From Octopus bimaculoides (taxonomy: Eukaryota), in assembly GCF_001194135.2 (NCBI RefSeq), contig NC_068983.1, forward strand, positions 79,926,204-79,990,203: a DNA stretch of 64,000 nucleotides, written 5' to 3'. The position numbers were made by a program, and so were the translations under genes. The notes under the pieces were generated by a model. That model did not search any database. It saw only the letters and a program-made list of their open reading frames with translations, and was not told the DNA's origin. Shown here one piece after another: positions 40,098-53,250 of this stretch (position 1 is its first letter; every line of letters begins with the position of its first letter).

Positions 40098-40799
40098 TTA
40101 ATTTCCAAACCATATATCAAAATATCAAAATACACCTCATATTTCAATCCAAGCAATAGATGAGAGCAGACAGCATTGAGAAATTATGCTACTGCAAAAT
40201 ATTAGTTCCATAAGTGTACAAAATGCATATACTTATAGAAAATAGAATGAAACAAGTCAAAGTTGAGGTTTAACTCTGCTTCTGCTCTGTTCTCTATTTC
40301 TTGTGTCTGCTTCAAGGTGATTCAGCCAAGAAATTTAGTATAGCAAAAGAGTGAAGCTTCAAATGAATAAACAAATCTGTTATATATGAATTGAATTTTT
40401 TTTTATCTCTTATTTGTACATCCAAATACATATATTGAAATTCATCAATATATACATTCGTTTACTTTGAGCCTGCTAAAATGCATACATGTTTACAGTT
40501 ATATAAGCTGTAAGCATTTACTTTAAATCCAAAATAAAGAAAAGAATTGCTTTCTTGGAGTTAAAACAATTTTCAATGCAATCCTTAGATCAAAGCCTTT
40601 TAGCCTTAACATATTGTGAAAAAAATTAAGATCCTAAAGTTTTATTTAGAAGGAAAATATTATTCCTAAAGCTTTTTTTCTTTTTCTCCCCCATAAATAT
40701 TATCTACATTTGCCTGCTTTAGATTTACTGAAATATGTTTCGTATTTGACCTAACATTTTCATCATATGTATGTATATATATATATATATATGGGATGA

Positions 40800-41452
40800 G
40801 GTGGTGAAGCATGACCTTTGAACATTGGGCCTCACAGAGGCAATGACAGGAGACTGAGACCTTTGGGGATATGCTGTGATTGAGAAGACCTGGCAACTAA
40901 AGTAAGATCACAACCATGGCCAATGCCAATGTTGCATGTCCAGCTATTTAAAAGTACCCTTGAGGCATCGGGTGATATGATATACTTGAGAAGACCTATT
41001 GAGTCAAGTAAAACCAAAATTGTAGCTGTGGCCTGTTCCCCCAGACTTCCTCCCATGCCGGTGGCATGTCAAATGCACCATCTAAAAGTGGTCGATACCA
41101 GTGCTGCCTGACTGACTCCTGTGCCAGTGGCACGTAAAAAGCACCATCCAAACATGGCTGATGCCAGTACCCACTGACTGGCTCCTGTGCCGGTGGCACA
41201 TAAAAAGCACTATCTGAATGTGACCGATACCAGGTCCACCTGACTGGCTCCTGTGCTGGTGGCATGTAAAAAACACCTACTATACTCTCAGAGTGGTTGG
41301 CATTAGGAAGGGCATCCATCTGTAGAAACATTGCCAGATCAGATTGGAGCCTGGTGCAGCCACTGGCTTTTCAGACTTCAGTCAAACCGTCCAACCCATG
41401 CCAGCATGGGAAACGGATGTTTAACAATGATGATGATGATGATGATGATGAT
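40800..41452 (+). mobile_element. RTE 3'-UTR-only copy with internal tandem modules
   Basis: ctgactggctcctgtgccggtggcac...aaaaagcac repeated about four times; (GAT)n tail. Confidence 0.9.
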
Positions 41453-42159
41453 ATATATAATATATTGTTCTCACTGCATCACATTTCTCCCAGGCATTGA
41501 TTTAACTTTTCTTAATGGTTCATAAAATTGTATGAAAAAAAAAACAATGTATATTACCTTGTCTTTCTTTTATCTGTCTCTTTTCTCTTTATGCACATTT
41601 TTCAAGAATGAATTTCAGCTATGAAAAATACCTCTATAACATTCACTATTACAAAGTCTTTTTGATGATTAATGAATCTCCCATACTAATCTTAAGACAA
41701 GGTATATCTAAAATTTTAGCAATGTTCGTTTTTGCTACACAATTTGGGTTGCTGAAATCAACAAGGAATTCTCTATACAACAATTCAGTCTTCTAGAAAT
41801 AGCAACCAAATAAGATTGTTTGAAAACACTTGCCCAAAGTATCCACAAGGTAGGATTAAACCTGGAACATTGTGACTCTGAAGCAGATGTGTGTGTTACA
41901 CAGTTCAGCATGTTAAGATTGGCGGAATATTGTACTCTTTCCCCCACTTCTCTCTCCTACTTCTTTTTGTCTAGAAAAAATTATGGTAGCACCAGGAAAA
42001 GAATGAAAAGGATAGGTTCCACCAGATTTCAAATGTCCAGGACAGGCAACATGTCATGGGCATGCTTCTACAACTCCATTAGTTATTTAGGGATCAAGGC
42101 AGTAAGATTACACATATGCATATATGAGTGTGTGTGTGTAAATAGATAGACAGATAGAT

Positions 42160-42560
42160 ATGGCTGTATGGTTAAGAAGTTCACTTCCCAACCAAGTGGT
42201 TTCAGGTTCAATCCCACCCTGCTGCACTCTGTGATAGTGTCCTCTACTTTAGTCTCAAGCTAACCAACACCTTGTGAGTGATAGGTGGAAACTTTTGTAG
42301 GCCTTATTATATGTGTTTGTGTGTGAGAGAGAGAGATAGGGAGAAGGAGTGGGAGGGAGAAAGAGAAAAAGCATGTTTGTACATTTGTACAAGAATGAAT
42401 GTATATCAGTGTTTTTATATTCCACACTTGTCACCAAAGAGTCAAACAGGGATTTTGGCATTCCTTGTTGGTAATATATGACTGTCTAATAAAGATAACT
42501 CTTACTTGAAAAACGGGTAAGGGCTCAGAACTGGAAGAGCATCCAGTTGTAAAATCCTAG
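42160..42560 (+). mobile_element. Family B SINE
   Basis: tggctgtatggttaagaag...caggttcaatccc. Other copies near 29755-29900 (-), 41815-41905 (-) and 55243-55500 (+). Confidence 0.8.
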
Positions 42561-43058
42561 ACCTATGTTAGCATACAAAAACAGATATTAAAGGTAGAAA
42601 CTGAATGAACTTACAAATGCACATGCACACACACACACACAAACATACACACACATGCAATGGCAGTTTCCCCCTTGCAAATTTTACTCACATGGTACTC
42701 TTGTAGATGCCCAGCTTCAAACCTGAAATAATGTACAAAGCAAACTTTTCAACCACATTGTTGAGTGTTATAGCATATTTAAGGACACTTTCGTTGGTTT
42801 AACACACAAGTGTTTTTCTTAATTCTATATGCTTTAATGCTTTCCTGGTTACAAAAAGTTATCAACAAATATTCTCTGAAGCATCCTAAATTCTTTCAGA
42901 GAAGCCATCAATATTTTCTTACAAAAATGGTTAAAAGACTTCTCCATTGCATTAGTTTTGGGTTGTATTTTTGCTTAATCACAGCTACATTAAATTATCC
43001 AGTGTGTGTTCCTTCATTCTGATAGATTCCTTATGTAATTCTCTCTTGTACCCCTTAA

Positions 43059-43277
43059 GGCAGTGAGCTGGCAGAATCATTAGCGTGTCAGATAAAAATG
43101 CTTAGCAGCTTTTCTTCCAGCTTTTCATTCTGATTCCATATCCAGCTGAGGTTGATATTTGCCTTTCATCCTTTCAAAGTTGATGAAATAAGCACCAGTT
43201 GAGCAATGGAGTTCAATGTAATCGACTAGTTCTCTCCCCCAAAATTCCATGCCTGTTCCTACAATAGAAAGGATTAT
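43059..43277 (+). mobile_element. Family A SINE with a degenerate TSD
   Basis: Flanked by tctcttgtacccctta and tctcttgtatcctta. Confidence 0.85.
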
Positions 43278-45429
43278 CTCTTGTATCCTTATTTCATTTG
43301 TAATTAATTCGTTAAGGTTATAACTTCATGCTCCTTGCTTCAACAAACTCACACTCTATGTATAAGAAATGAATATCTCCCTCTCAGTTCCCACTTCCAT
43401 CATTAAATATATTCTTTTATGTCTTCAATTTGAAAGCTAACAATGTAATAAATACATGAACATGTTAGTTGTTATTTATCTCCTTTGAGTCATCTATATC
43501 TAAATTATCTCACTTCACCTGCCTCTTGTTTTTTTATATCGTTTTCTCTCCTCAAACCCAATTCTATGTCCCTTACACATATTTCTTCCTATCTAAAAAG
43601 GAGTCTCTTTAATTTCTTTTCTCTTCATGTTATCCAGCCAGTTAATAATCTCCAGTAATATGGGAAAAAATAGAATTGAGTGTCTCATAGACAAAGCTAC
43701 TATGATGAATACATTAGGGCGTACTGTTTTGGTGCATTATGATCTATAAATTATAAAATGCTATTCAACTGTTGTAAAATTTTGTTCTGGTATGTCGCCC
43801 ACCCTATTGCTTCAAGCCTTACATTGACAGCTTTGCATTTTTTTTTTCCCCACTACAAACACATTCCTTGAACTATTTCCACCCTGCTGTATATACCATT
43901 TAACCAGGGAGGGCGTTAAATATGTCTAGTCTCAGTTGAAGAATAAATACAAAGCAATAAAGTTGCTTTAATATCTATCATTGCTTCTGATGTAATTGTT
44001 TCAGTACACCAGAAATTATTTTTCTATGTTCTTGCTCCTTAAAATCAGTTATATTTTTATATACTTCACTCTTAAATCAAAGAAATTATCTTCTATTGAG
44101 TGGTATTTAGTTACATCCCCTTAGGTCCTAGGTCCAAATCCTGTTATGGTTGACTTCATTTTTCATCCTTCAATCAGGTAAATACTGGGGTCTATACAAT
44201 CAACTGTTCCCCACAAAATTGTTATTTGTACATAATTTAGAAATTATATTTCATCTAATTAATTTGTATGTATAAAGATGAAAAACATTTTATATCTGTT
44301 GAGGAAATTACATTGTTTATAATCAAATTCACTTTATTCAAACAGCATCATGAACATGATGACCTGTATACATGCAACAAGCTTGATCAAAGAGATTTTC
44401 CTTACAAAATATTCACTTTACATAAATAATAAAAACTGCTGCTTTCCCTGATGAAAATAATGTGACTGTAGCAACATGTCCTTTCTGCCATACAAGGTTA
44501 ATGGAACAAACTATTATTTAGCTTTGGTAACTGAGACTCTCATAGGGAAAAGAAAAGTCAATCTAATTAATGTTGGAATCTAATTGCGTGATAGAAAATA
44601 ACTTTAATTTAAGTATTCAAAAGTTTAGTGTGATGGTTAAGTTAAATGCAACATTTCTCATATTAATACGCATACATTTTTTCAATACTTAAACTAACAC
44701 TAGAAAATATATTTGTTAATATTTCTCAATAACAATGCATGTAATTTGTTTACTAAATGTATTTGTGTATTTAAATGCATGAAATGATTTTAGTAATTAT
44801 TAACTTTGCAGTATAATTTATTGTGCTATTGAAAATTGAGTTTCACAATCACTTGAGCTGTAGTTTTGGCATTAATAATAAGTTATAATAGTAAGTTACC
44901 ATCAGTTCTTTAAAATCGGTTCAGCACAAACCAAGTTAAAAACTATTCTCTTTCTACTATTAAAATATGTTAAAGGCACTTTTCGTCTCTCCAGAGTTAA
45001 TAAAATTAAGACTAGTTATATAAGGGAGTCAATTCAATTAATTACACTTTTCATCTATAAACATTTGTTGCCCGTTTAGTGCAGCAGATAAAATACCTTG
45101 CAGTGTTCAATTACATTGATTTAAATTCTGAGTTCAAATCCTGTTAAAGTCAGCTTTACCATTCACCTCTTCAGGCTTCAATGCAAGTGTTGATTTGATT
45201 GACTGTAATCTTCCTGCAAAATTTGTGGCTTTAGTAATTGAAAATTTTTATAACTGCTAATGCTTTTGAAAAAAAAAACACTTTTTGAGAGTGAGCTTAA
45301 TCATAAATAAATAAATAACCTAACTGAAATTTCATAAATTCCTTAATTTAAATTTATTAGTATCTAGTTCTATAACTGATTTTGTTGCATAGTACATTTA
45401 TATAGATATATTTATATATATTTATATAC

Positions 45430-45562
45430 ACACACGTACACCTATCCATTTATACATATATATATATATATACACACACATACACATATATATATATATA
45501 TTGCATACATATATATATGCATATATATATACATATATGTATATATATATACACATACACAA

Positions 45563-45595
<33 letters not shown>

Positions 45596-45614
45596 CATAC
45601 ATTATCATCATCAT

Positions 45615-45651
<37 letters not shown>

Positions 45652-45944
45652 CATCATCATCATCATATATATATATATATATATATACATCACCATCATC
45701 ATCATATATATATATATATATATATACATCACCATCATCATCATATATNNNNNNNNNNNNNNNNNNNNNNNNNNNNNNNNNNNNNNNNNNNNNNNNNNNN
45801 NNNNNNNNNNNNNNNNNNNNNNNNNNNNNNNNNNNNNNNNNNNNNNNNNNNNNNNNNNNNNNNNNNNNNNNNNNNNNNNNNNNNNNNNNNNNNNNNNNNN
45901 NNNNNNNNNNNNNNNNNNNNNNNNNNNNNNNNNNNNNNNNNNNN

Positions 45945-45991
<47 letters not shown>

Positions 45992-46010
45992 CACACACAC
46001 ATACATATAT
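45430..46010. repeat. Compound (TA)n/(CAT)n higher-order repeat spanning an assembly gap
   Basis: A block of (TA)n-cat-(CAT)n is repeated four times before the N run. Confidence 0.9.
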
Positions 46011-46014
46011 ACTT

Positions 46015-46205
46015 ACTGGCTCCTGTGCCGGTGACATGTAAAAAGCTTCCACTACACTCTCTGAGTTGTTGGCATTAGGAAGAGCATCCAGCTGTAGAAA
46101 CTCTGCCAGACCAGATTGGAACCTGGTGTAGCTGCTGGCTCTCCAGAGTCAAACCGTCCAACCCATGCCACCATGGAAAACGGCCGTTAATTGATGATGA
46201 TGATG
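46015..46205 (+). mobile_element. RTE 3'-UTR-only copy
   Basis: ctggctcctgtgccggtgacatgtaaaa...gatgatgatg. Confidence 0.85.
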
Positions 46206-47385
46206 TACTGGTGAATGGGAAGAATCACTGGAGTAGCAGAACACAATTGTTCAATTGTATTTGTTCCAGCACTTTACATTCTAATTTCAAATCCCACCAG
46301 GGTCCACTTTACCTTTCATTTTTCTAGGTTTGGTAAAATATTACCATTTAAATTCTGGGGCCAATGGTATTGACTAACTCCTCCCACCAAAATTGCTGAC
46401 CTTTTTCCCAAATCAGAAACCATTATTATTAAGTTAGTATAGTGTAGATAATTAACAGCTGGAGCAGAGAATTTAACATTTAGTTAAGTAAAATATAATT
46501 TTTAAGTACTCATCCTTCTAGGACATACTTTTGCTTTAATCTTTCTAGACTGAATAAAGATTAGTAGCAGTAAGAGACTGATAATGATATTGATTCCGTT
46601 CACTATATTCCAGCTTCTTACAAAACTGATTTGTACCTAATGAAAAAATAATTCTTAAGGTTAAGGAACATTTATGTTAAAAGCATTAACTTCAGTTCTG
46701 GCAGAAATCATATTTACATTATCTTTCTCTACTTGGGACCATTCATTTAACTGTTTTCACTGGGGGGGGGGGATCACTTGCTACTCTTAAGTAATATAAC
46801 TGACACAAGTGTCATTTATATGCAATGTAGAGACCTCACACTGGACATGAACTCTCCAGTTAAAGCATAACAAACTAGTCTCATCCAACATCACTATAAA
46901 AAAAAAAAAAATCATGAAAACTTGTGGAGAAATACACCTTCAACACTACACTTTACTCACAAACAACCTTCAGAAACTCAGCAAATATTAGTCTTGACAG
47001 TCTCTGATGATCTTTCATGGTTACCATGCATCTTTAGCATTGACAGAATAACTGCACCTCAAAGGCTAGAATTTCCTGAGAGATGCATAAGTTACATCAT
47101 TTCCAAACACTTACTGATCCTTAATAAGTATGACTCAGATTAGGATATTACTCAAATGCCTGTAATGAATCAGAAACTACTTACACAAACATTTTTGATC
47201 CTAACTAAAAGTTTAAAAAATCTGATTGGCAGGCCTTCACACCTTGCTGCCTACATCCACTAGATCACAAATATGTAATTCTCTTATTACACTTTTGTTT
47301 GTTTCCCTAACTTACGCTTTTATTAGTGTTTTCTGTCAAGATGCATCACTCCCACCTCTCTCTCTCTCTCTCTCACGCATGCACA

Positions 47386-47427
<42 letters not shown>

Positions 47428-47437
47428 NNNNNNNNNN

Positions 47438-47477
<40 letters not shown>

Positions 47478-47719
47478 TACTAAAAAAATAATTAATAGCA
47501 GTACTTGTGCCTGGATAGACTTCAAGATTCTATATATCACTGACAGGGGAATTTGACTGCTGTGTCTAGCTCTGAATGTCTGCCATTTAAAAAGCACAAG
47601 GAAAGCAAAATTATGCGATCTGGCAGTTCTAGTGGTGACAGTGAATGATTATCACCTATCAGCAATATAAACACACGTGCTTATATGCACCACACATCCA
47701 TACGAGAGATTCCTTCATG

Positions 47720-47985
47720 ATAAATAACATAGTATTCTATGTTCTAGCACAACATCCACTTTTAGCGTAAAGTAGATATAACTTTTTGGTATTAATAGTG
47801 CTTCTGTTAGTATTACATATTTTGTCATAAGCCCACTGGCTATTTGGTACACCAATCCATATGAGAGGTTCTGTTGTGGTAAATAGAACAACATTCTGTG
47901 TTTTAGCACAACATCCAATTTTAGTGGGAGGTAAATATTACCTTTTGGTATTAATTCTGCTTCTGTTGTTATTAATTATATATCA
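47720..47985. repeat. Diverged 159-bp tandem duplication
   Basis: tagcacaacatcca at 47745 and 47904, with shared downstream ttttggtattaat...tgcttctgtt. Confidence 0.85.
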
Positions 47986-47999
47986 CCAGTAGCAGCGAC

Positions 48000-48445
48000 C
48001 ACATCATCATCATTTAACATCTGTTTTCCATACTGGCATGGGCTGCACGGTTTGACAGGAACTGGCCAGACTCCAATTGTTTGTTGTGGTGTGGTTTCTA
48101 TTGCTGGATGCCCTTCCTATTGCCAACCATTATACAGAATGTGCTGGATGCTTTTTACATGCAACTGGCATGGGTGCATTTACACAGCACCAGCACATGT
48201 GCATTCTAAGTAGCACTGGAACTTGTAGGGGTCAAGCCTGTATGTAGGGATGATGATGGTTTTACTTAGCTTGACATTTTTTCTCAAGTACAGCAAATTG
48301 CCACAACTCCTGGTCCCTTGTCTTTTCCTCAGTGAGGCCCAGCATCTGAAGATCCTTTCTCAACACTTCATCCCATGTCTTCCTGGGTCTACCCCTTCCA
48401 CAATTAGAGGTTCCCTCCACAATTAGGGCTTGGCACCTGTTTATG
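48000..48445 (-). mobile_element. 5'-truncated RTE LINE (C-terminus plus 3' UTR)
   Basis: CGRGRPRKTWDEVLRKDLQMLGLTEEKTRDQELWQFAVLEK followed by the family 3' UTR and gatgatgat tail. Confidence 0.9.
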
Positions 48446-48448
48446 CAT

Positions 48449-48690
48449 GGAGGCACATGGCTTAGTGGATAGGGTGTTGAACTCATGATCATAAGATTGT
48501 TTCAATTCCCAGACCAGGTGATGCATTGTGTTCTTGAGCAAAATACATCATTTCACATTGCTCCAGTTCACTTGGCTGGCAAAAATAAATAATCCTGCTA
48601 TGAACTGGTGTCCGATCCACATGGAGAATTTTATACGTCATAGAAACTGAGACACCAGCCCTTATGAGTCAACATAATTCAAGAAGGCAA
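48449..48690 (+). mobile_element. tRNA-derived SINE (family C)
   Basis: ggaggcacatggcttagtggatagggtgttgaactcatgatc... Confidence 0.85.
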
Positions 48691-49689
48691 CTTTACCTTT
48701 TTTTTTACTTCTTTATGCAGCTATATATATATATATTCACACACATGTCTTTGGCTGTGCTTAGATTTACTGGAGTACACATGAATGTATCCCTTTATGT
48801 GACAGTGTAAATAATCAGTTTGATAAAGAGACTATTAATAAAGTAAGTACCAAACAAAAATATATACTACAGTCAATATGATTGACACAAACCCTTGAAG
48901 ACGATATCCTTATATGGTTACAGTGCAATGAGAGAAACCTGCAAATGAATAAAAGAAAATATCATGTCATTATTATTCTTGAGTTGATCTCTTCTTCGAA
49001 TAGTAATAAGTTCATTTCTATATTATTAGCATAAGTACAATCCTCAACAATATGTCTCTTTAGGTATTCTTTAAAGGAATTATCCACTGAAATGTTCATA
49101 ATAAGCAGAAAGTCTAAGTTTAGCTCAATAGAATTAGTTGTTTGTATTGCCTGATATATTCAGTACTTGTTTAATCTTCTGGGTCATGTATATGTTTAAG
49201 GATGAGTTAGGTCATTGTTTAGAATGAATGCTGCTTTATTCACTAGATTCTTCTTTACCATGTGTGTATATGTGTGTGTGTGTGTGTGTAGGTAGGTAGG
49301 TATATGTACCATTATTATCATCATCTTAACACCCACTATTCCATGCTTACATAGGTTGGATGCAGTTTTTTGAGGTAAATTTTCTCTAGGCAATAATTTT
49401 TCTTGTTACTAAATCTCACCTGTTTCCAATCAAGGCAATATGTCACCAACACCAGGTATGTTTTTACAGAATATAGGTAATAAATGGCATTGCTTGTATG
49501 ACAGTGATTCTCATTTACAAGTATCAGATAATGTTAAGACAAACATATAATTACTCACACTCACATATATATGTGTGTGTATATAGATGGATAGATAGAT
49601 AGATCATCATCATTGTCATTTAATGTCTGCCTTTCATGCTGGCAGGGGTTGGACAGTTTGACTGAGAACTGGCATTTCGGGAGGTGCCC

Positions 49690-49932
49690 TTTTAAAGCAT
49701 AGCCAGGCTCATGGGCCCGCTTTCCCGGTTTCTATGGCATGTGTTCTCCCCAGCTGGACAGGATGCCAGTCCATCACAGCTTTTACTCAAGAAACAGGAA
49801 GAAAGAGTGAGAGAAAGTTGGGGCAAAAGAGTACAACAGGGGTCGCCACCACCTCCTGCTGGAACTTCGTGGAGCTTTAGGTGTTTTTGCTCAATAAACA
49901 TACACAATGCCTGGTCTGGGAATTGAAACCAC
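49690..49932 (-). mobile_element. tRNA-derived SINE, family C variant with a different central block; head runs into the gap
   Basis: Shares the B-box region and the gagtaa...gatggactggc tail with family C but has a distinct ~110-bp centre. Confidence 0.75.
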
Positions 49933-50063
49933 NNNNNNNNNNNNNNNNNNNNNNNNNNNNNNNNNNNNNNNNNNNNNNNNNNNNNNNNNNNNNNNNNNNN
50001 NNNNNNNNNNNNNNNNNNNNNNNNNNNNNNNNNNNNNNNNNNNNNNNNNNNNNNNNNNNNNCA

Positions 50064-50095
<32 letters not shown>

Positions 50096-50399
50096 TACAC
50101 ATAATCCATGACAAAGCTAATAAACATCCTTGTCATACAAAGAATAAAAGTTATGATTTGAGGATTCCTATTCAGCAATTCAAAATATTTACGAACATTG
50201 AATGAGATTTTTTTTTTCAAATCTACTTTATTGATTTTGCTTACATTTGACAATTATTCTTCCTTACAGAAGTATTCTGTTATTCAGCCCTGATCTTTCA
50301 AGCATACAGTCTAAATCAGGAACCTCTCCATAACACCCAATATTAATCCGCATCATCATTATCATTTCTGTGTCTACTTTTTCATGCTTGTGTTGAGTG

Positions 50400-51800
50400 A
50401 GACTTCTCCAGAATGGGGCATTGCCATTTGTTGTAATCTTTGATTGTCACCATATAATTTCAGCCTCTTGAGATCAGCTTTCACTACTTCTCACTCTTTT
50501 TTTTCTGCAAGTTCCTTCAAACAGAATTTCTTTGGACTTCTTTTTCCAACTGTCATCACTCATACATATTACATGTCCATACCAATATAGTTTTCTCTCT
50601 TCCTCACTACATCTAATACTCTTCATAACCAGTTTTTTTCTCCATCTGTTTAAGCTGTTGTTCATGTACACTAACAGTACATATTCAAAGTAGCATACTA
50701 GCTTCATTAATTAGATTACTTAGGTAGAAGCTATTAACTACAGTAAGCTTTGCAAACAATTGAAAGAATTTTATTTCACGAGGGCATTTAATGTGAACTA
50801 CTCTTCTGTCTCTTCTATAAAACAAGGTTTTCTTCCTTGTGAGTCCATCTGTGATCCTTCTGCATATTCTGTGCACCCATAGTTTATATTTAGTACATAT
50901 TACAGAGTTCCTACTTCTGGTTCAGCATATAGAACATGCCCATCTTTTTTATGACAGTAGAGTCCTGTCTTCTTTTCCTGCACTGTAAAAGTTTTGCATT
51001 TGCTAGGTTTACCTTCAATTCCCTTGATTCAAGTTTTACATGCTTAGAACTTTACAACTAATCGTTTGGTGGATTAGCTAAGAAAACTAGATCATCAGGA
51101 TACATGTATCCCATAGACAGCAAACTCTCAAAGTAATATTTCCATGCTTCTTTCTTATCAGCATACCTTTCTTCTGAGAACAAATGCTCTACTAATGTTC
51201 TTCATACACTTTTCTCCAACGATGTCTTCATTCACAGTGACCTACTGCTTTGCAATTCACAACACTTCATAGCTCTCATTTTCTTGTCACAGAACATTGC
51301 AAAACCTCTTACCTTCAGTTGCTCTCCCTTCTACTGATACCTGACATCTAGCATTTCTTATAGCTACTTAATACTGTATCCTCTTCCTCCTCACTTTTTC
51401 AATCTTTCTAGGCTTTTTAATTTTATTATAGTTCTATTTTACCATTTCATGACCATGTTCGGGTCTTGCTTCATCCATACATCTGATCTGTGGCTCATAG
51501 CAAGTTGATTCATAGGAACTGCCATTTGTTCTCTACGTTATAAGTCTCTCCCTACTCCTCTTTCTTGTCACATATATCACATTATACTTCATTTTTTTTC
51601 TTTTAATCTATGTCTGGTCTAAGTATCTTCCAGTTTTCATACCTTTCGTCTCTTAGCTGTTTATCTTTGAATCCATCTAGTTTTTATCTCTAGGTTGATG
51701 GTCACTAGTCTATGTTGAGTAATACAATCTTCACAAAGGAAAGACTTAGTGTTCACAACCAGTTGCTATCTTGTTTGCTAGTGAGTATGTATCTATTTAG
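50400..51800 (-). mobile_element. Older, decayed RTE LINE (minus strand)
   Basis: Minus-strand WACSIC...KLWVHRIC and WYGHVICMSDDSW...EGTCRK match the other RTE copies. The upstream part resembles the APE end of 35750-36360. Confidence 0.75.
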
Positions 51801-52984
51801 TTTGTGTATTCACCTGACTGATAGGCTGGTCAGTTACCTATCAGTCAGTTAGTGTTGCAAATCAGTTGCAGAATTCCAAGAACCTTGATCCTTCATTATT
51901 CTATGTAACATACACTTAGCCTCAAAATACATCATTTCAGCTGCCATTGTGTTGGCCAACTTAGCCATGATAATCATAACCATGATAATAAGTAGCTGTC
52001 ATTTGTTGTAGAGGTTGTCTGTAAAAGGTAGTCATAGAAACAGTCATTTTATTCATCTAGCAAGATCTGAATGTGATACCAATGAAAAGTTAACTGTTGC
52101 TGTCATGTATCCCGTGACTATTCTAAGTTTAATTCTTCTGTCACATTACTCTGGCTACCTTACTTTATCTCTCCTTTCTCTGCCAACAATATGTCTCCAT
52201 CAGTGCTGTTACATTGAAAAATTCATACTTGAGTTATGGATAAGGAATCTGGATGAGGATTCTTTCCATCTTACTACTTGCACACACATAGCACCTTTAC
52301 TTGCTTCTGCTCAAGCATTTCTATAAACAATCCCTCCAGATCTACCTTTCATTGCACTAACATAGCATTGGTGGTGGAAGCCTTAAAGTTTTATACTTGA
52401 CAGGAAGACAGGAGTTTCCAGTGGTGGATGGGTTATTTGATGTCTATTTTCTGACTCTGAAAAGAAGAGTTTTGGTGATGTGTTTGTTTGATGGTGGTTA
52501 AGGTGTTCTCATACCTGGTCTGGTATTTCTATCTGATCACTCCACTATAGTATGCAATTCTGTCTAATATGGTGTTAGTCTTGTATATGCAACAAGGGAT
52601 TTTCATTGTACTTGTGACTGCCATGATTTCAGCACAGTTATTGGTTAGTTGCTTTTCATCTCACAAACCACTAGCTTGCTTCACAGTAAACCTCAGAATG
52701 AGAACATAATATGAGAAAGGAAGCAAGAGATGTGCTTGCCAGAGTTAGAAAGTTTTTCGGCAATAACAGATACTAAAAAACATGACATTAATAAACATGA
52801 TGCTTGTAATTAGGCTAATAATTTTTTTAATTTTGGCACAAGGCTGGCATTTTTAGTAGGAAGGGTTTAGTCAATTACATTGCCCCCAGCACTTGCCTGG
52901 CACTTTATTTTACTGACCTTAGAAGAATGGAAGGTAAACTTGACCTCACTAATATTTGAACTCAGACTGTAAAGATTTGGAACA

Positions 52985-53250
52985 AACATTAAGAAAATCA
53001 TCATCATCATTTAACATTCATTTTCCATGTTGGCATGGGTTGGACAGTTTGACAGGAGCTGGCAAGCCAGAAGACTGCACCAAGCTCCACTGTCTGTATT
53101 GGTACGATTTTTACAGTTGCATACCCTTCCTAGTGTCAACCACTTAACAGAATGGACTGGCTGTTTTTACATAGCACCAGCACTGGCAAGGTCTATTTGG
53201 CATAATTTTTAGCTGGATCTCTTCCTAATGCCAACCACTTTACTGCGCAA
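52985..53250 (-). mobile_element. RTE 3'-UTR-only copy
   Basis: catcatcatcatttaac...catgggttggacagtttgac is the reverse complement of the family tail. Confidence 0.8.

Noticed and set aside
40990-41280. Regularly spaced direct repeats resembling a CRISPR array (also 58540-59040)
   Set aside because: The spacers are mutually similar, the context is a eukaryotic LINE 3' UTR, and there are no cas genes.
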